A stretch of 39,761 bases of DNA, taken from positions 1-39,761 of IMG/VR virus record IMGVR_UViG_3300017780_000923, one strand, 5' to 3'. The DNA is from a virus (taxonomy: Duplodnaviria; Caudoviricetes). Shown here piece by piece: positions 17,436 through 25,786 of the stretch. The stretch's first letter is position 1. Each line of letters starts with the position of its first letter. The position numbers and the translations under genes were made by a program. Under the pieces are notes generated by a model that had not been told where the DNA came from, did not search any database, and saw only the letters and a list, made by a program, of their open reading frames with translations.

Positions 17436-18933
17436 ACCGCACCAGCAATTGGCAATTGACCAGATTAGACATTCACTAGCTACTGGACATAGAAGACCAC
17501 TGCTAGCTGCTCCCTGTAGCTTCGGTAAAACTCTGACTGCTGCCTATATCCTGCAACACGCTGCCGAGAAAGGTAACCGAGTAATATTCTTTGCTGATCG
17601 AATCAAGTTAATCAGCCAGACTTGTGACCAGTTTGACAAACTTGGATTGAAATATGGTGTGATTCAGGGTCAGCATGAGCAGACCGATCCATCCCAACTC
17701 ATCCAGATTGCCAGTGTTCAGACCATTGCCAGAAGACAGAAGATGCCTGAGTTCTCACTGGCTATCGTGGATGAATGTCACATCCAGGCTGAGATCGTCA
17801 AGAAGCTAATGGAAAGGTACGATAACGTACCCTTTATAGGGCTTTCTGCGACACCCTACAGCAAAGGGCTGGGTAGGTATTACGATGATCTCCTTGTCCC
17901 GATAACAGCCCAAGAACTGCTCGAAAAGGGCTATCTAGCACCCGTCCATTATTATGGTGGCAGTCATATCGACATGAGCAAGATCAAAATGAAGGCTATA
18001 TCAACTGGCGGTTCAGATTACGATCCCGATCAACTAGCAGAAGCCACAGAACAACAGCAAGAAAAGCTAACGGGTGACATAGTTCGGAACTGGTTATTGC
18101 ATGGTGAAGACAGTCAAACCATAGCGTTTAGTCCCAGCATTAGACACAGCCGGTACTTAGTCGATATGTTCAACAAGGCTGGCATTAGTGCTGTACATAT
18201 TGATGGCTACATGGACGAAAGATTAAGGCAAGTGCTATACAAAAAGCACAACGATGGTGAGTTTAAAATCTTGTCATGTAGCAAGTTATTGAACACTGGC
18301 TATGATGCTCCGAGCGTGAGATGCCTGATTGATTGCTATCCAACTAAATCAATAATTTCTTACCAGCAGAGAGCCGGTAGGATTATGCGCATCAACCCTG
18401 GCAAAGAGTACGCAATCTACCTTGACCATGCCAGTAATGTAGGAAGGTTTGGATTTGCAGAAGACATCGTAGCAACAATGCTTGACGATGGTGAAAAGAA
18501 ATTTGTTGAGCGAGATCAGGTTAAAGATACTAAAGAAAAGAAACAGCATACTTGCCCACAATGCTCCAAGATTATGTTAGGCATTCGATGTTCCTGCGGG
18601 TATGAATTCCCAATCAAGGAAAGACTCGAAACAGATTCGTCAACGCTTGTACAGCTTGCCAGTGCAAAAGCATACGCCCAGGCTGACAAATCTATGTGGT
18701 ACTCAGGACTACTGACTCATGCAAGAAATAAAGGGTACAGTGATGGCTGGGCTGCTCATAAGTACAAAAGTAAATACGGTGTATGGCCTCGTAGTCTAGA
18801 TTATATCAAGGTGGGTCAGATACCACTGGAAGTCAGCAATTGGATACTGTCTGAAAATATAAGATATGGACATCGAAACGATAAATGGAAAAAGCTGGAT
18901 AATTTAAATAGGATGCTTGACTATAATACATGA
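17425..18933 (+). CDS. SF2 DExH helicase with zinc finger
   Basis: LRPHQ, APCSFGKT, DECH, LSATP, TGYD.P, QRAGRIMR, CPQC...CSCG. Confidence 0.9.
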   Translation: MELRPHQQLAIDQIRHSLATGHRRPLLAAPCSFGKTLTAAYILQHAAEKGNRVIFFADRIKLISQTCDQFDKLGLKYGVIQGQHEQTDPSQLIQIASVQTIARRQKMPEFSLAIVDECHIQAEIVKKLMERYDNVPFIGLSATPYSKGLGRYYDDLLVPITAQELLEKGYLAPVHYYGGSHIDMSKIKMKAISTGGSDYDPDQLAEATEQQQEKLTGDIVRNWLLHGEDSQTIAFSPSIRHSRYLVDMFNKAGISAVHIDGYMDERLRQVLYKKHNDGEFKILSCSKLLNTGYDAPSVRCLIDCYPTKSIISYQQRAGRIMRINPGKEYAIYLDHASNVGRFGFAEDIVATMLDDGEKKFVERDQVKDTKEKKQHTCPQCSKIMLGIRCSCGYEFPIKERLETDSSTLVQLASAKAYAQADKSMWYSGLLTHARNKGYSDGWAAHKYKSKYGVWPRSLDYIKVGQIPLEVSNWILSENIRYGHRNDKWKKLDNLNRMLDYNT

Positions 18934-18946
18934 TTGCATTTAGTAT
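18917..18946 (+). promoter_or_regulatory. sigma70-like promoter
   Basis: TTGACT-N18-TAGTAT, then a CGGGAGC RBS. Confidence 0.4.
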
Positions 18947-18993
18947 GTACGACATACCGCAGCAGAGGGCTACGGGACAACGGGAGCATAAAG

Positions 18994-19182
18994 GTGAAAA
19001 TTACAATTAATCTAGATGGATATGATGTAGGTTCTGATATGTCTGTTGCTGCACAGGTAGTAGCTCAAGCTTGGAGGTACGATCCAAATGCTGATGTTCG
19101 TATCAAAGGTCTTGATAAAAAAGACCAAGAGTATGTGTGGTACAACGCTAGCCGATTGTTTGAAGCAGGAGTATCACGATGA
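18994..19182 (+). CDS. hypothetical protein
   Basis: GTG start 3' of a GGGAG RBS, in frame with the ORF-track call at 18934. Confidence 0.5.
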   Translation: MKITINLDGYDVGSDMSVAAQVVAQAWRYDPNADVRIKGLDKKDQEYVWYNASRLFEAGVSR

Positions 19183-19517
19183 AAGATCCGATTCTTGAAA
19201 TCCTTTTAGATAATCTTGGTGAAGTAATCAGAGGGGATATGTTCGATCCCCAAGATAACATCTTGGACACAATTTGGTGGGAGTTGAGCAAAGACCACTC
19301 CTTTCATTATGATGCCACTTCTCAGAGTACAGAGTATTCTGGTTTAGTCAGGGATTACATGATCAAGATGACTCAACCACTACAGCACAGTTTAAACTAC
19401 TGTACTATTAAGTTGTACAGGTTGGCTGCATACTCAGTTGCAGAAAATTACGAGTCTGAGTGCTGGTTAGCTAGCAACGATACTCGAACGGATAACGATC
19501 CAGAGGATTACGGTTGA
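19179..19517 (+). CDS. hypothetical protein
   Basis: 112 aa, AGGAG RBS, ATGA coupling. Confidence 0.55.
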   Translation: MKDPILEILLDNLGEVIRGDMFDPQDNILDTIWWELSKDHSFHYDATSQSTEYSGLVRDYMIKMTQPLQHSLNYCTIKLYRLAAYSVAENYESECWLASNDTRTDNDPEDYG

Positions 19518-20149
19518 GCTTTGTTTGCCCCCTGCCACCGATTAAGGTACTCGTAAGAGCAGAGTACCTGTACGACCATCAGAAAGGGCATGGAAGCCTA
19601 GTCGATGGTGTATGGTGTTCAGTCAAGTCTATAAGGGGTGAAGCATTCAGATTTGAGACTTATCTACCTGAATTTGCAGCACTTTATGACAAACTTCCCA
19701 TTTCTGCATTCGTGTGGAAAACCTGTGAACAACCTCTCGATCTAGACATTCTGCAAATCTGGGATGCCCTGACATACCATGTTGAAGTAATCGAGAAGCC
19801 CTTGCTTAAAGGGTTACGATGCGAGTTCTATGGCAAAGACGGCAACAAGCACCCTGGTGAGTATATGTTTACTTTGGATGGTGCTAACCCTGATCCCAGA
19901 ATCCCTGACTTCGGGTTCTCCGAATCCCCAGACGAACACAAGAGTTACAACTTGCTAAAACTGGACAACGGTCAGTTCGCTTTGCAGCCAAATAATCGAG
20001 TGCTGTTCTTCGATAATGCACTGGCTCACAAAAAGCTGAAGATGCCTGACTTCAAAGTCTGTACTCATAAATATACAGTTGAGGACAAGGCCAAGTGGCG
20101 GCTAGGCAGCACCAGCACTGTAAATTATGACGATGCCAAAGATATTTAG
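19514..20149 (+). CDS. conserved phage hypothetical protein
   Basis: EYLYD...SVKSI.G.A..FE..L....A.YDKLPISAF...QPNNR, a pattern I recall from aquatic phages; function unknown. Confidence 0.65.
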   Translation: MSFVCPLPPIKVLVRAEYLYDHQKGHGSLVDGVWCSVKSIRGEAFRFETYLPEFAALYDKLPISAFVWKTCEQPLDLDILQIWDALTYHVEVIEKPLLKGLRCEFYGKDGNKHPGEYMFTLDGANPDPRIPDFGFSESPDEHKSYNLLKLDNGQFALQPNNRVLFFDNALAHKKLKMPDFKVCTHKYTVEDKAKWRLGSTSTVNYDDAKDI

Positions 20150-20160
20150 GAATTTCAAAA

Positions 20161-20234
20161 TGAGTTGAGCCTGGGTTTTACTTGATTTGGAAAATCAAAA
20201 TTTCATAATTTGAAATCTCAAAAAATTCTGGGGA
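20161..20234 (+). repeat. dispersed A-tract element, copy 2
   Basis: Degenerate match to 9901-9960. Confidence 0.55.
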
Positions 20235-20294
20235 ACTTTACTGTATATCAAAATGGTCAAAAAACATTGAAATTCTGCCATTTTCTGTGCATAC

Positions 20295-20343
20295 GTAAGT
20301 TAGTACTCACTAACAAGGCCTTGTAAGTAAGCACTAACTAACA
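20295..20343. repeat. two pseudo-palindromic 21-bp sites (GTAAGT.AG.ACT.ACTAACA)
   Basis: Copies at 20295-20315 and 20323-20343; third copy at 23865-23882. Confidence 0.55.
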
Positions 20344-20516
20344 TAATGTTAATTTTTTGTTAACGATAGCCAAGCACAACATGACAATTTATATAATGCT
20401 TTGGAATCGTTTTAATTTATGCCCTTTGGGATAGTATTGCTCAGTCTGTTATTTTGCCATGCAAGCGATCCAGTGAAGTATTATTGGCATATAAAAAAGC
20501 ATACCAACCAATAGCC

Positions 20517-20542
20517 AAAAAAAAGCCCCAATTAAGGGGCTT
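20517..20542 (-). terminator. Rho-independent terminator of the leftward early operon
   Basis: GCCCC-AATTAA-GGGGC hairpin with an A8 run on its left. Confidence 0.75.
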
Positions 20543-20546
20543 ATAT

Positions 20547-20681
20547 TCATCTTTCTAAATCTTCTGTTATTCTTGCCATTGCATAACAAATGTTGTCCCA
20601 TTCTTCATCGTTTTTTTCGATACCTTCTGGTATAACCTTTTCCCGATATTCTTCCAATGCTTCCCAAATGATATCTATCAT
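20547..20681 (-). CDS. small acidic hypothetical protein (44 aa)
   Basis: MIDIIWEALEEYREK...; ATGA-coupled and ends just before the terminator. Confidence 0.5.
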   Translation of the reverse strand: MIDIIWEALEEYREKVIPEGIEKNDEEWDNICYAMARITEDLER

Positions 20682-20989
20682 CGTGCAGACTCCCAACACC
20701 ATCCATCAATTTCGTAAAAAGTTACGCCAAACACTTCTATTGTTTCGCATCGGTACACTTCATCATTATCCTTCACAAAAACATCATCACCTACTATTGA
20801 GAGGACATTTTCAAAATGGGAGTCGCTTGCATATTCAGACTCCAACCATTCATTAATTTTTACTATTTCAGATATTGGGAATGAGGGCATCTGCCAACCA
20901 TTCCATCGTGTACCAGTAGTAATACCTTTAAACGATGGGCTATTTTCTACCCGAAAATTACTGATAAAAAGATCATTTTTCATTGTCAT
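20678..20989 (-). CDS. hypothetical protein, WNGW paralogue B
   Basis: RWNGWQ.P.FP.SEI...CETI...GVT.Y.IDGWCW. Confidence 0.65.
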   Translation of the reverse strand: MTMKNDLFISNFRVENSPSFKGITTGTRWNGWQMPSFPISEIVKINEWLESEYASDSHFENVLSIVGDDVFVKDNDEVYRCETIEVFGVTFYEIDGWCWESAR

Positions 20990-21302
20990 TCTCCGATGTT
21001 ATTACTTTGTCCCAACACCAACCATCAATAAAATAATGGGTAACTCCATTGTGTTGGATTGTCTCGCACTGGATGCACTCTTCTAAAGAATGGTAAAAGA
21101 CAGAGACAATATCACCTTGAATTATTATATCGTTTGCGTTTATTCCGTCTTCTATCCAATCTTGAATTGCTTTGATTTCTGACAATGGAAACCACGGAGT
21201 TTGCCAGCCATTCCACCTATCGTTGTTGGTTACGCCTTTAAACTCTTTGCCTTCATCTATGCAAAAAATTCCATTTTCAAAATTTCCGATTCTATGATTC
21301 AT
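20973..21302 (-). CDS. hypothetical protein, WNGW paralogue A
   Basis: Same motifs as the neighbouring gene. Confidence 0.65.
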   Translation of the reverse strand: MNHRIGNFENGIFCIDEGKEFKGVTNNDRWNGWQTPWFPLSEIKAIQDWIEDGINANDIIIQGDIVSVFYHSLEECIQCETIQHNGVTHYFIDGWCWDKVITSENDNEK

Positions 21303-21304
21303 AA

Positions 21305-21520
21305 TTACACCTTTAAATAGTTTTTAAGAAATGCTTTAGAATTTCCTACATTAGATAATTCAATTATTAAAACGGCAATTTCTGCAATGCAAGGATCGCC
21401 TAACAACCATGCTTCAAAATCTTCAGTTCTAGCCATTTCTAACGCTTCATTTGGCACTTTTATGCCAATGGCTTTCATTTCTGTTAACTCTTTAATAACT
21501 TCAAGATTTAGCTTGTTCAT
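21305..21520 (-). CDS. hypothetical protein
   Basis: AAGGTG RBS before ATG21520. Confidence 0.5.
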   Translation of the reverse strand: MNKLNLEVIKELTEMKAIGIKVPNEALEMARTEDFEAWLLGDPCIAEIAVLIIELSNVGNSKAFLKNYLKV

Positions 21521-21554
21521 AATTTCACCTTTAATTTTTTTTGGTAGGATCAGA

Positions 21555-21857
21555 TTAAAAATTTTGGACAAGGAAAGATTCAGTTTTGCCAACTGGAATT
21601 ACGGTAGTGCATGACTCTATATCTTCAATGCTGTAATTATTATCAGTATCACCGTTGTTATAAGCATCGTTGAATTCTTCCAAATCTGCATATTCTGTAT
21701 ACTCACAGCAAAGCTCTATAACATCTAAATCATAACCTTCATCAATTTCTTCTAACCACTCAAACAATGCGCACAATGCGTTATAACTGAATTGGTCTTT
21801 TCTGCCCATTGCTCTAAATGCGTCAATGAATTGTGATTGATTGATTGTCTGTATCAT
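21555..21857 (-). CDS. acidic conserved phage early protein
   Basis: F.DAF...GR..QFSY.AL.ALF.WLEE...LDVI.LCCEY.EY. Confidence 0.65.
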   Translation of the reverse strand: MIQTINQSQFIDAFRAMGRKDQFSYNALCALFEWLEEIDEGYDLDVIELCCEYTEYADLEEFNDAYNNGDTDNNYSIEDIESCTTVIPVGKTESFLVQNF

Positions 21858-21862
21858 TTTAA

Positions 21863-22144
21863 TTACTCCGCATAGTTAACAAAAAGGATTGTGTTTTGAC
21901 GATATGGTCTGAAGATGTAGCCATCACCATATGATTCAGTTACGCCTCGGACATTTGAGAGACCTACAGATGCTTTGGCATTTCTCATTACTGTGCGCTG
22001 ATAGGATTTAGGTTCGACAGTACCATTGCCATTGTTGCCAGCAAAATGATGCCATTCTGGTACTGTAATGCTCGATCGTTTTACCCAACAATAGTTAGCT
22101 TCACCGCCAAAAGTATCTGTCAGCTCAACATTAAATGTGTTCAT
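21863..22144 (-). CDS. hypothetical protein
   Basis: ELTDTFGGEANYCWV motif. Confidence 0.6.
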   Translation of the reverse strand: MNTFNVELTDTFGGEANYCWVKRSSITVPEWHHFAGNNGNGTVEPKSYQRTVMRNAKASVGLSNVRGVTESYGDGYIFRPYRQNTILFVNYAE

Positions 22145-22223
22145 AAGTAATCAACCATATAAATAATAACAAAAGCAAAAAAGACTGCTATTAATAAAAG
22201 ACCGCAAAATTCTTGTAAATGTT

Positions 22224-22424
22224 TCATGGCATCACCTCACAAGTAGCAATTACAAAATTTTCCGTACCATTTATTAATCGATGGTCATAATCTGTAGATA
22301 TATAGTTATTAGAAGTAAAAATAATGTCACCAACATTTACTAGTCGGCATCTTTCGCCTTCTTTAGTGCGCACAAGATCATTAGATTGATAGTAATGATC
22401 TGCTATTAGTTTGATAGATTTCAT
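22224..22424 (-). CDS. hypothetical protein
   Basis: Coupled within the leftward operon. Confidence 0.45.
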   Translation of the reverse strand: MKSIKLIADHYYQSNDLVRTKEGERCRLVNVGDIIFTSNNYISTDYDHRLINGTENFVIATCEVMP

Positions 22425-22600
22425 ATTGTGATCTCTTGTTGTTTAACTTGAATTGAATAACCTAATGCCTTGATTGAATCTAAAGCCCGATTAGTAAATG
22501 TTTTAGTGCCAGCTAGATCAGCCAAAATTTTAGATTTGGCACAAACTGGATAAACACTGCGATTTCCGTAAACGCTTTTGATTTCAACTATGATTTCCAT
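22421..22600 (-). CDS. hypothetical protein
   Basis: MEIIVEIKSVYGN..YPVC..SK..A.LAGTKT; GGGGA RBS supports ATG22600. Confidence 0.6.
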   Translation of the reverse strand: MEIIVEIKSVYGNRSVYPVCAKSKILADLAGTKTFTNRALDSIKALGYSIQVKQQEITI

Positions 22601-22673
22601 TGTTATTCCCCCAGTAGTATCCATGCGCCAAATAGAATAATTAGCCCAACAAATAAGATAAAAAGTAGATGGT

Positions 22674-22829
22674 TCATAGTTTGAACCCAAAAGCTTTAAG
22701 ATAGGTTTGTTCTACAGGTGTCAACATACAAACAGAAAATGGATGTTTGTATATATAAGCTTGTAAACGAACTCTGTTTTTATCTGATTTTGATATGATG
22801 AAGGCAGTTAATAGTTTGTTCATGTTCAT
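22674..22829 (-). CDS. hypothetical protein (51 aa)
   Basis: ATGA-coupled; below the ORF-track cutoff. Confidence 0.45.
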   Translation of the reverse strand: MNMNKLLTAFIISKSDKNRVRLQAYIYKHPFSVCMLTPVEQTYLKAFGFKL

Positions 22830-22984
22830 ACCCCATTTAACAAAAATGGTGTGAAAAATGTTGCTACTGCTAAAATAGCTAGCCCAACAATACCTCTAAT
22901 GCTTTCGGGTAAATTGCCGAAACACATATTGTATAAATTCCAACCTAAAATGATAAAAACTATTGAGATGATTGCTATGTTCAT
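22826..22984 (-). CDS. 2TM membrane protein (52 aa), first gene of the leftward operon
   Basis: GAGG RBS; two hydrophobic stretches. Confidence 0.5.
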   Translation of the reverse strand: MNIAIISIVFIILGWNLYNMCFGNLPESIRGIVGLAILAVATFFTPFLLNGV

Positions 22985-23042
22985 GTTGTATGCCTCTATT
23001 GGTGTTACTAGTAGTTGAATGAATTGCTGTATTACGGAATCT

Positions 23043-23071
23043 AAAGTAATTCATTTAATAACATAATGCAA
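23043..23071 (-). promoter_or_regulatory. leftward early promoter
   Basis: TTGCAT-N17-TACTTT on the minus strand with an AT-rich upstream region. Confidence 0.5.
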
Positions 23072-23099
23072 TACATATATGAAATATATTTGTAATTAT

Positions 23100-23127
23100 T
23101 TGCAATTAGGTAAAAAGTGTATATAAT
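23100..23127 (+). promoter_or_regulatory. rightward promoter towards terS
   Basis: TTGCAA-N16-TATAAT. Confidence 0.45.
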
Positions 23128-23199
23128 TCAGCGTATTAGATAGAATTTTGCTATAGTTTTTTGATGGATTAGAATGCAAAGCAGAATATATTTATGATG

Positions 23200-23287
23200 G
23201 ATTACCAGATATCCAGCATTGATTACCAGATAGCAGATATCCAGCATTGATCTCACTGGTAGCAGTAGGCAAGTAGGCAAGTAGGCA
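23200..23287. repeat. short tandem repeats
   Basis: CAGATATCCAGCATTGAT x2 (23206, 23234), GATTACCAGATA x2 and AGTAGGCA x3 (23264-23287). Confidence 0.75.
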
Positions 23288-23332
23288 TAAGAGCGCATAG
23301 AATCGCAATAGAGCGTAGAGAGAGGTTGGACA

Positions 23333-23845
23333 ATGGCAGATAGCACTGATAACAAACCCATAGTTAAGAAAGTAACTGGCGGCTCACAATATGTCCCAAC
23401 TGGTATGCCAGCGGGTAGACCTGAGAAGTGGACACAAGAACTAGAAGACACAGTACTTGATCTACTATCAGAGAAATCACTTGTTGGTACTTGTAAGATA
23501 GTAGGGATAACACCTAGAACTGTATATGCTTGGATTGAAAGCAAGGAAGGATTCTTGACTAAATACTCACGTGCGTGCGAGGAAAGGGCTAGTTATTGTG
23601 CTGATGCGATATTGGAAGCTTCCTATGACTTACTCAATCCAGACTCTATCCTTGATGCTAACAAAAGCAGAGTAGGCATAGATGGGCTTAAATGGTCGGC
23701 AGCCCGCTTGTTTCCTAAGAAGTATAGCGATAAGCACCTACTTGAAGTATCTAGCACTGTTAACCATACCAACCTCTCTGATGATGATTTGAGCAGAAGG
23801 CTGCTAGAGTTAAGGACTGCCCACGAAATAGCAAGCAAAACCTAG
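23333..23845 (+). CDS. terS: terminase small subunit
   Basis: GRP.KWT.E...C...GI..RTVY.W......F...Y.RA.E......D, Sf6-like HTH terS; KW...RLFPKKY.D. Confidence 0.8.
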   Translation: MADSTDNKPIVKKVTGGSQYVPTGMPAGRPEKWTQELEDTVLDLLSEKSLVGTCKIVGITPRTVYAWIESKEGFLTKYSRACEERASYCADAILEASYDLLNPDSILDANKSRVGIDGLKWSAARLFPKKYSDKHLLEVSSTVNHTNLSDDDLSRRLLELRTAHEIASKT

Positions 23846-24040
23846 CATTTACAAGGCCTAGCGTGTTAGTAAGCACTCACTATCTATACACCATGCATGG
23901 ATGTTCAATGGTATCAATAGTTAACAATGCATTAACATTCATTAACGTTAAACGTTAACAATTCGTTAACGCCAGGATTGACCTATGACTGGTAGGGGGG
24001 GGTACGACTTCAATATTGATGATCGTTGATCCCCCCACTT

Positions 24041-24093
24041 CTATATAGCGCAATTTTCTACAACTTTTCCCTATATAGCGCAATTTTCTACAA
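24041..24093. repeat. 23-bp direct repeat x2 (CTATATAGCGCAATTTTCTACAA), 30-bp period, between G8 and C6 tracts
   Basis: Exact copies at 24041-24063 and 24071-24093. Confidence 0.85.
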
Positions 24094-24312
24094 ACCTACC
24101 CCCCTAAAATACCCCAGAATGCCTAAAAAATTTTTCGGAGGGCTAATTTTCAGCAATAGATTTAAAATCGTAATGTATAAATTTAAAATCAACAATAGAA
24201 GCCTCGGACGAAGACAATCTATGACTTTAAAATCAACAAGCTACCCTCTTGGATTCTCATTGGATTGTTAACAAGGAGTGATTAACTGTATGATGTTCCA
24301 CATGAAACATAG

Positions 24313-25785
24313 ATGACGAGAGTGTTAAGCATGAATCGACAGCAGAAGCTAGAGTTAGCGTCTTTGTTAGAAGAACAGACTAGACGCTTGAATCAAGCCA
24401 AGTTTATGCGTAAGTATTCCACGTTGTATGAGTGGCAGAAGAGATTTATATCCGCTACAAAGGAATGCCGTATTGCTGGGTTGATGGCTGCTAACCAGGT
24501 AGGTAAATCTCAAACAGGTAGAGTGTTGGATTGTGCGCATCTGACGGGTGAGTACCCTGAAGATTGGGAAGGGTATAAGTTTAGTAAAGCTCCGTTATGT
24601 TGGTTGTTAGGATACTCTGGTGAGAAGACTAGGGATTTGTTACAGAAACCTATGTTTGGTGATTTGAGGGACAGTAAGTTTTTAGGTGGCCTAATCCCTG
24701 TTGACAAGATTATTGACTATAGGGCTATGGCAGGAACATCGGGTGCTTGCAGAGAGATCAGGGTAAAACATAAGTCTGGAGGTGTATCGGTCTGTCAGTT
24801 CTGGTCTTACTCACAAGGACAACACGCTTTGATGGGTGACGTTGTTGATTGGTATCACATTGACGAAGAACCTGAAGACCAAGAAATCTTCCCTCAAGTT
24901 TTAACAAGGACGTTGAATGGGGACTTAGGACAGGGAGGTAGAGGTATTATCACGTTTACCCCTGAGAACGGAAAGACTAGCCTTGTCCAACAGTTGATGG
25001 ATTCTGACGGTTCAGGTATGTGTTTACAGACCGCTACTTGGTCTGACGCTCCTCATCTTACTGAAGAGATGAAACGAGACATTCTAAAGGCTTATCCCCC
25101 TTACCAAAGAGACATGAGAAGTCGAGGAGTTCCCTTGATGGGTGCTGGGCTTATCTTTGAGCATGGTGAGGAAGATATAACCTGTAAGAGATTTGATATT
25201 CCTGAACACTGGTATTTGATTAATGGGATGGACTTTGGCTGGGATCATCCACAGGCTCATGTTCAATTAGCGATTGATCCTGACAGTGGAGCTATTTACG
25301 TTGTACAAGCCTGGAAGAAATCTAAGAAACAACCTTTTGAAGCCTGGCAATCGGTCAGAGGTTGGGCTAAAGATGTCCCTACTGCTTGGCCTCACGATGG
25401 ACTAATGCACGAAAAGGGTTCTGCTAAACAACAAAAGGACTATTATGAGGAAGCAGGTTGGTCTATGCTAGACGAACATTCGACTTGGCCTGAAGGTGGT
25501 AATGGCGTTGAGGCAGGATTAATGAAGCTCAACGAACTCATGTCCACTGGTCTTTTTAAGATATTTGCTGATTTGCACGAGTTAGTTGCAGAGGTAAGAG
25601 AATACCATCGGAGGCAAATGCCCAATGGTACTTCTGCTATTGTGAAAGTGAAAGACGATTTGATTGATGCCGTAAGAGGAGCTTTTATGATGGCTCGTTA
25701 CGCAGAGCAGAAACGGTATATTAGCGAACCTGTTAATTACGAAGAAGAGAATTATCAAGCACCTACTGGTGCGATGGGATATTAA
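24313..25785 (+). CDS. terL: terminase large subunit (P22 gp2-like)
   Basis: AANQVGKS Walker A, HIDEEP Walker B, TFTPENG, GMDFGWDHP nuclease motif, DDLIDAVR. Confidence 0.93.
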   Translation: MTRVLSMNRQQKLELASLLEEQTRRLNQAKFMRKYSTLYEWQKRFISATKECRIAGLMAANQVGKSQTGRVLDCAHLTGEYPEDWEGYKFSKAPLCWLLGYSGEKTRDLLQKPMFGDLRDSKFLGGLIPVDKIIDYRAMAGTSGACREIRVKHKSGGVSVCQFWSYSQGQHALMGDVVDWYHIDEEPEDQEIFPQVLTRTLNGDLGQGGRGIITFTPENGKTSLVQQLMDSDGSGMCLQTATWSDAPHLTEEMKRDILKAYPPYQRDMRSRGVPLMGAGLIFEHGEEDITCKRFDIPEHWYLINGMDFGWDHPQAHVQLAIDPDSGAIYVVQAWKKSKKQPFEAWQSVRGWAKDVPTAWPHDGLMHEKGSAKQQKDYYEEAGWSMLDEHSTWPEGGNGVEAGLMKLNELMSTGLFKIFADLHELVAEVREYHRRQMPNGTSAIVKVKDDLIDAVRGAFMMARYAEQKRYISEPVNYEEENYQAPTGAMGY

Positions 25786-25786
25786 T

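Noticed and set aside
24041-24093. Mini-CRISPR array
   Set aside because: Only two 23-bp copies separated by 7 bp; no spacers or cas genes.
24026-24271. 81-aa ORF between terS and terL
   Set aside because: TTG start without RBS; the translation simply reflects the DNA repeats and homopolymers.
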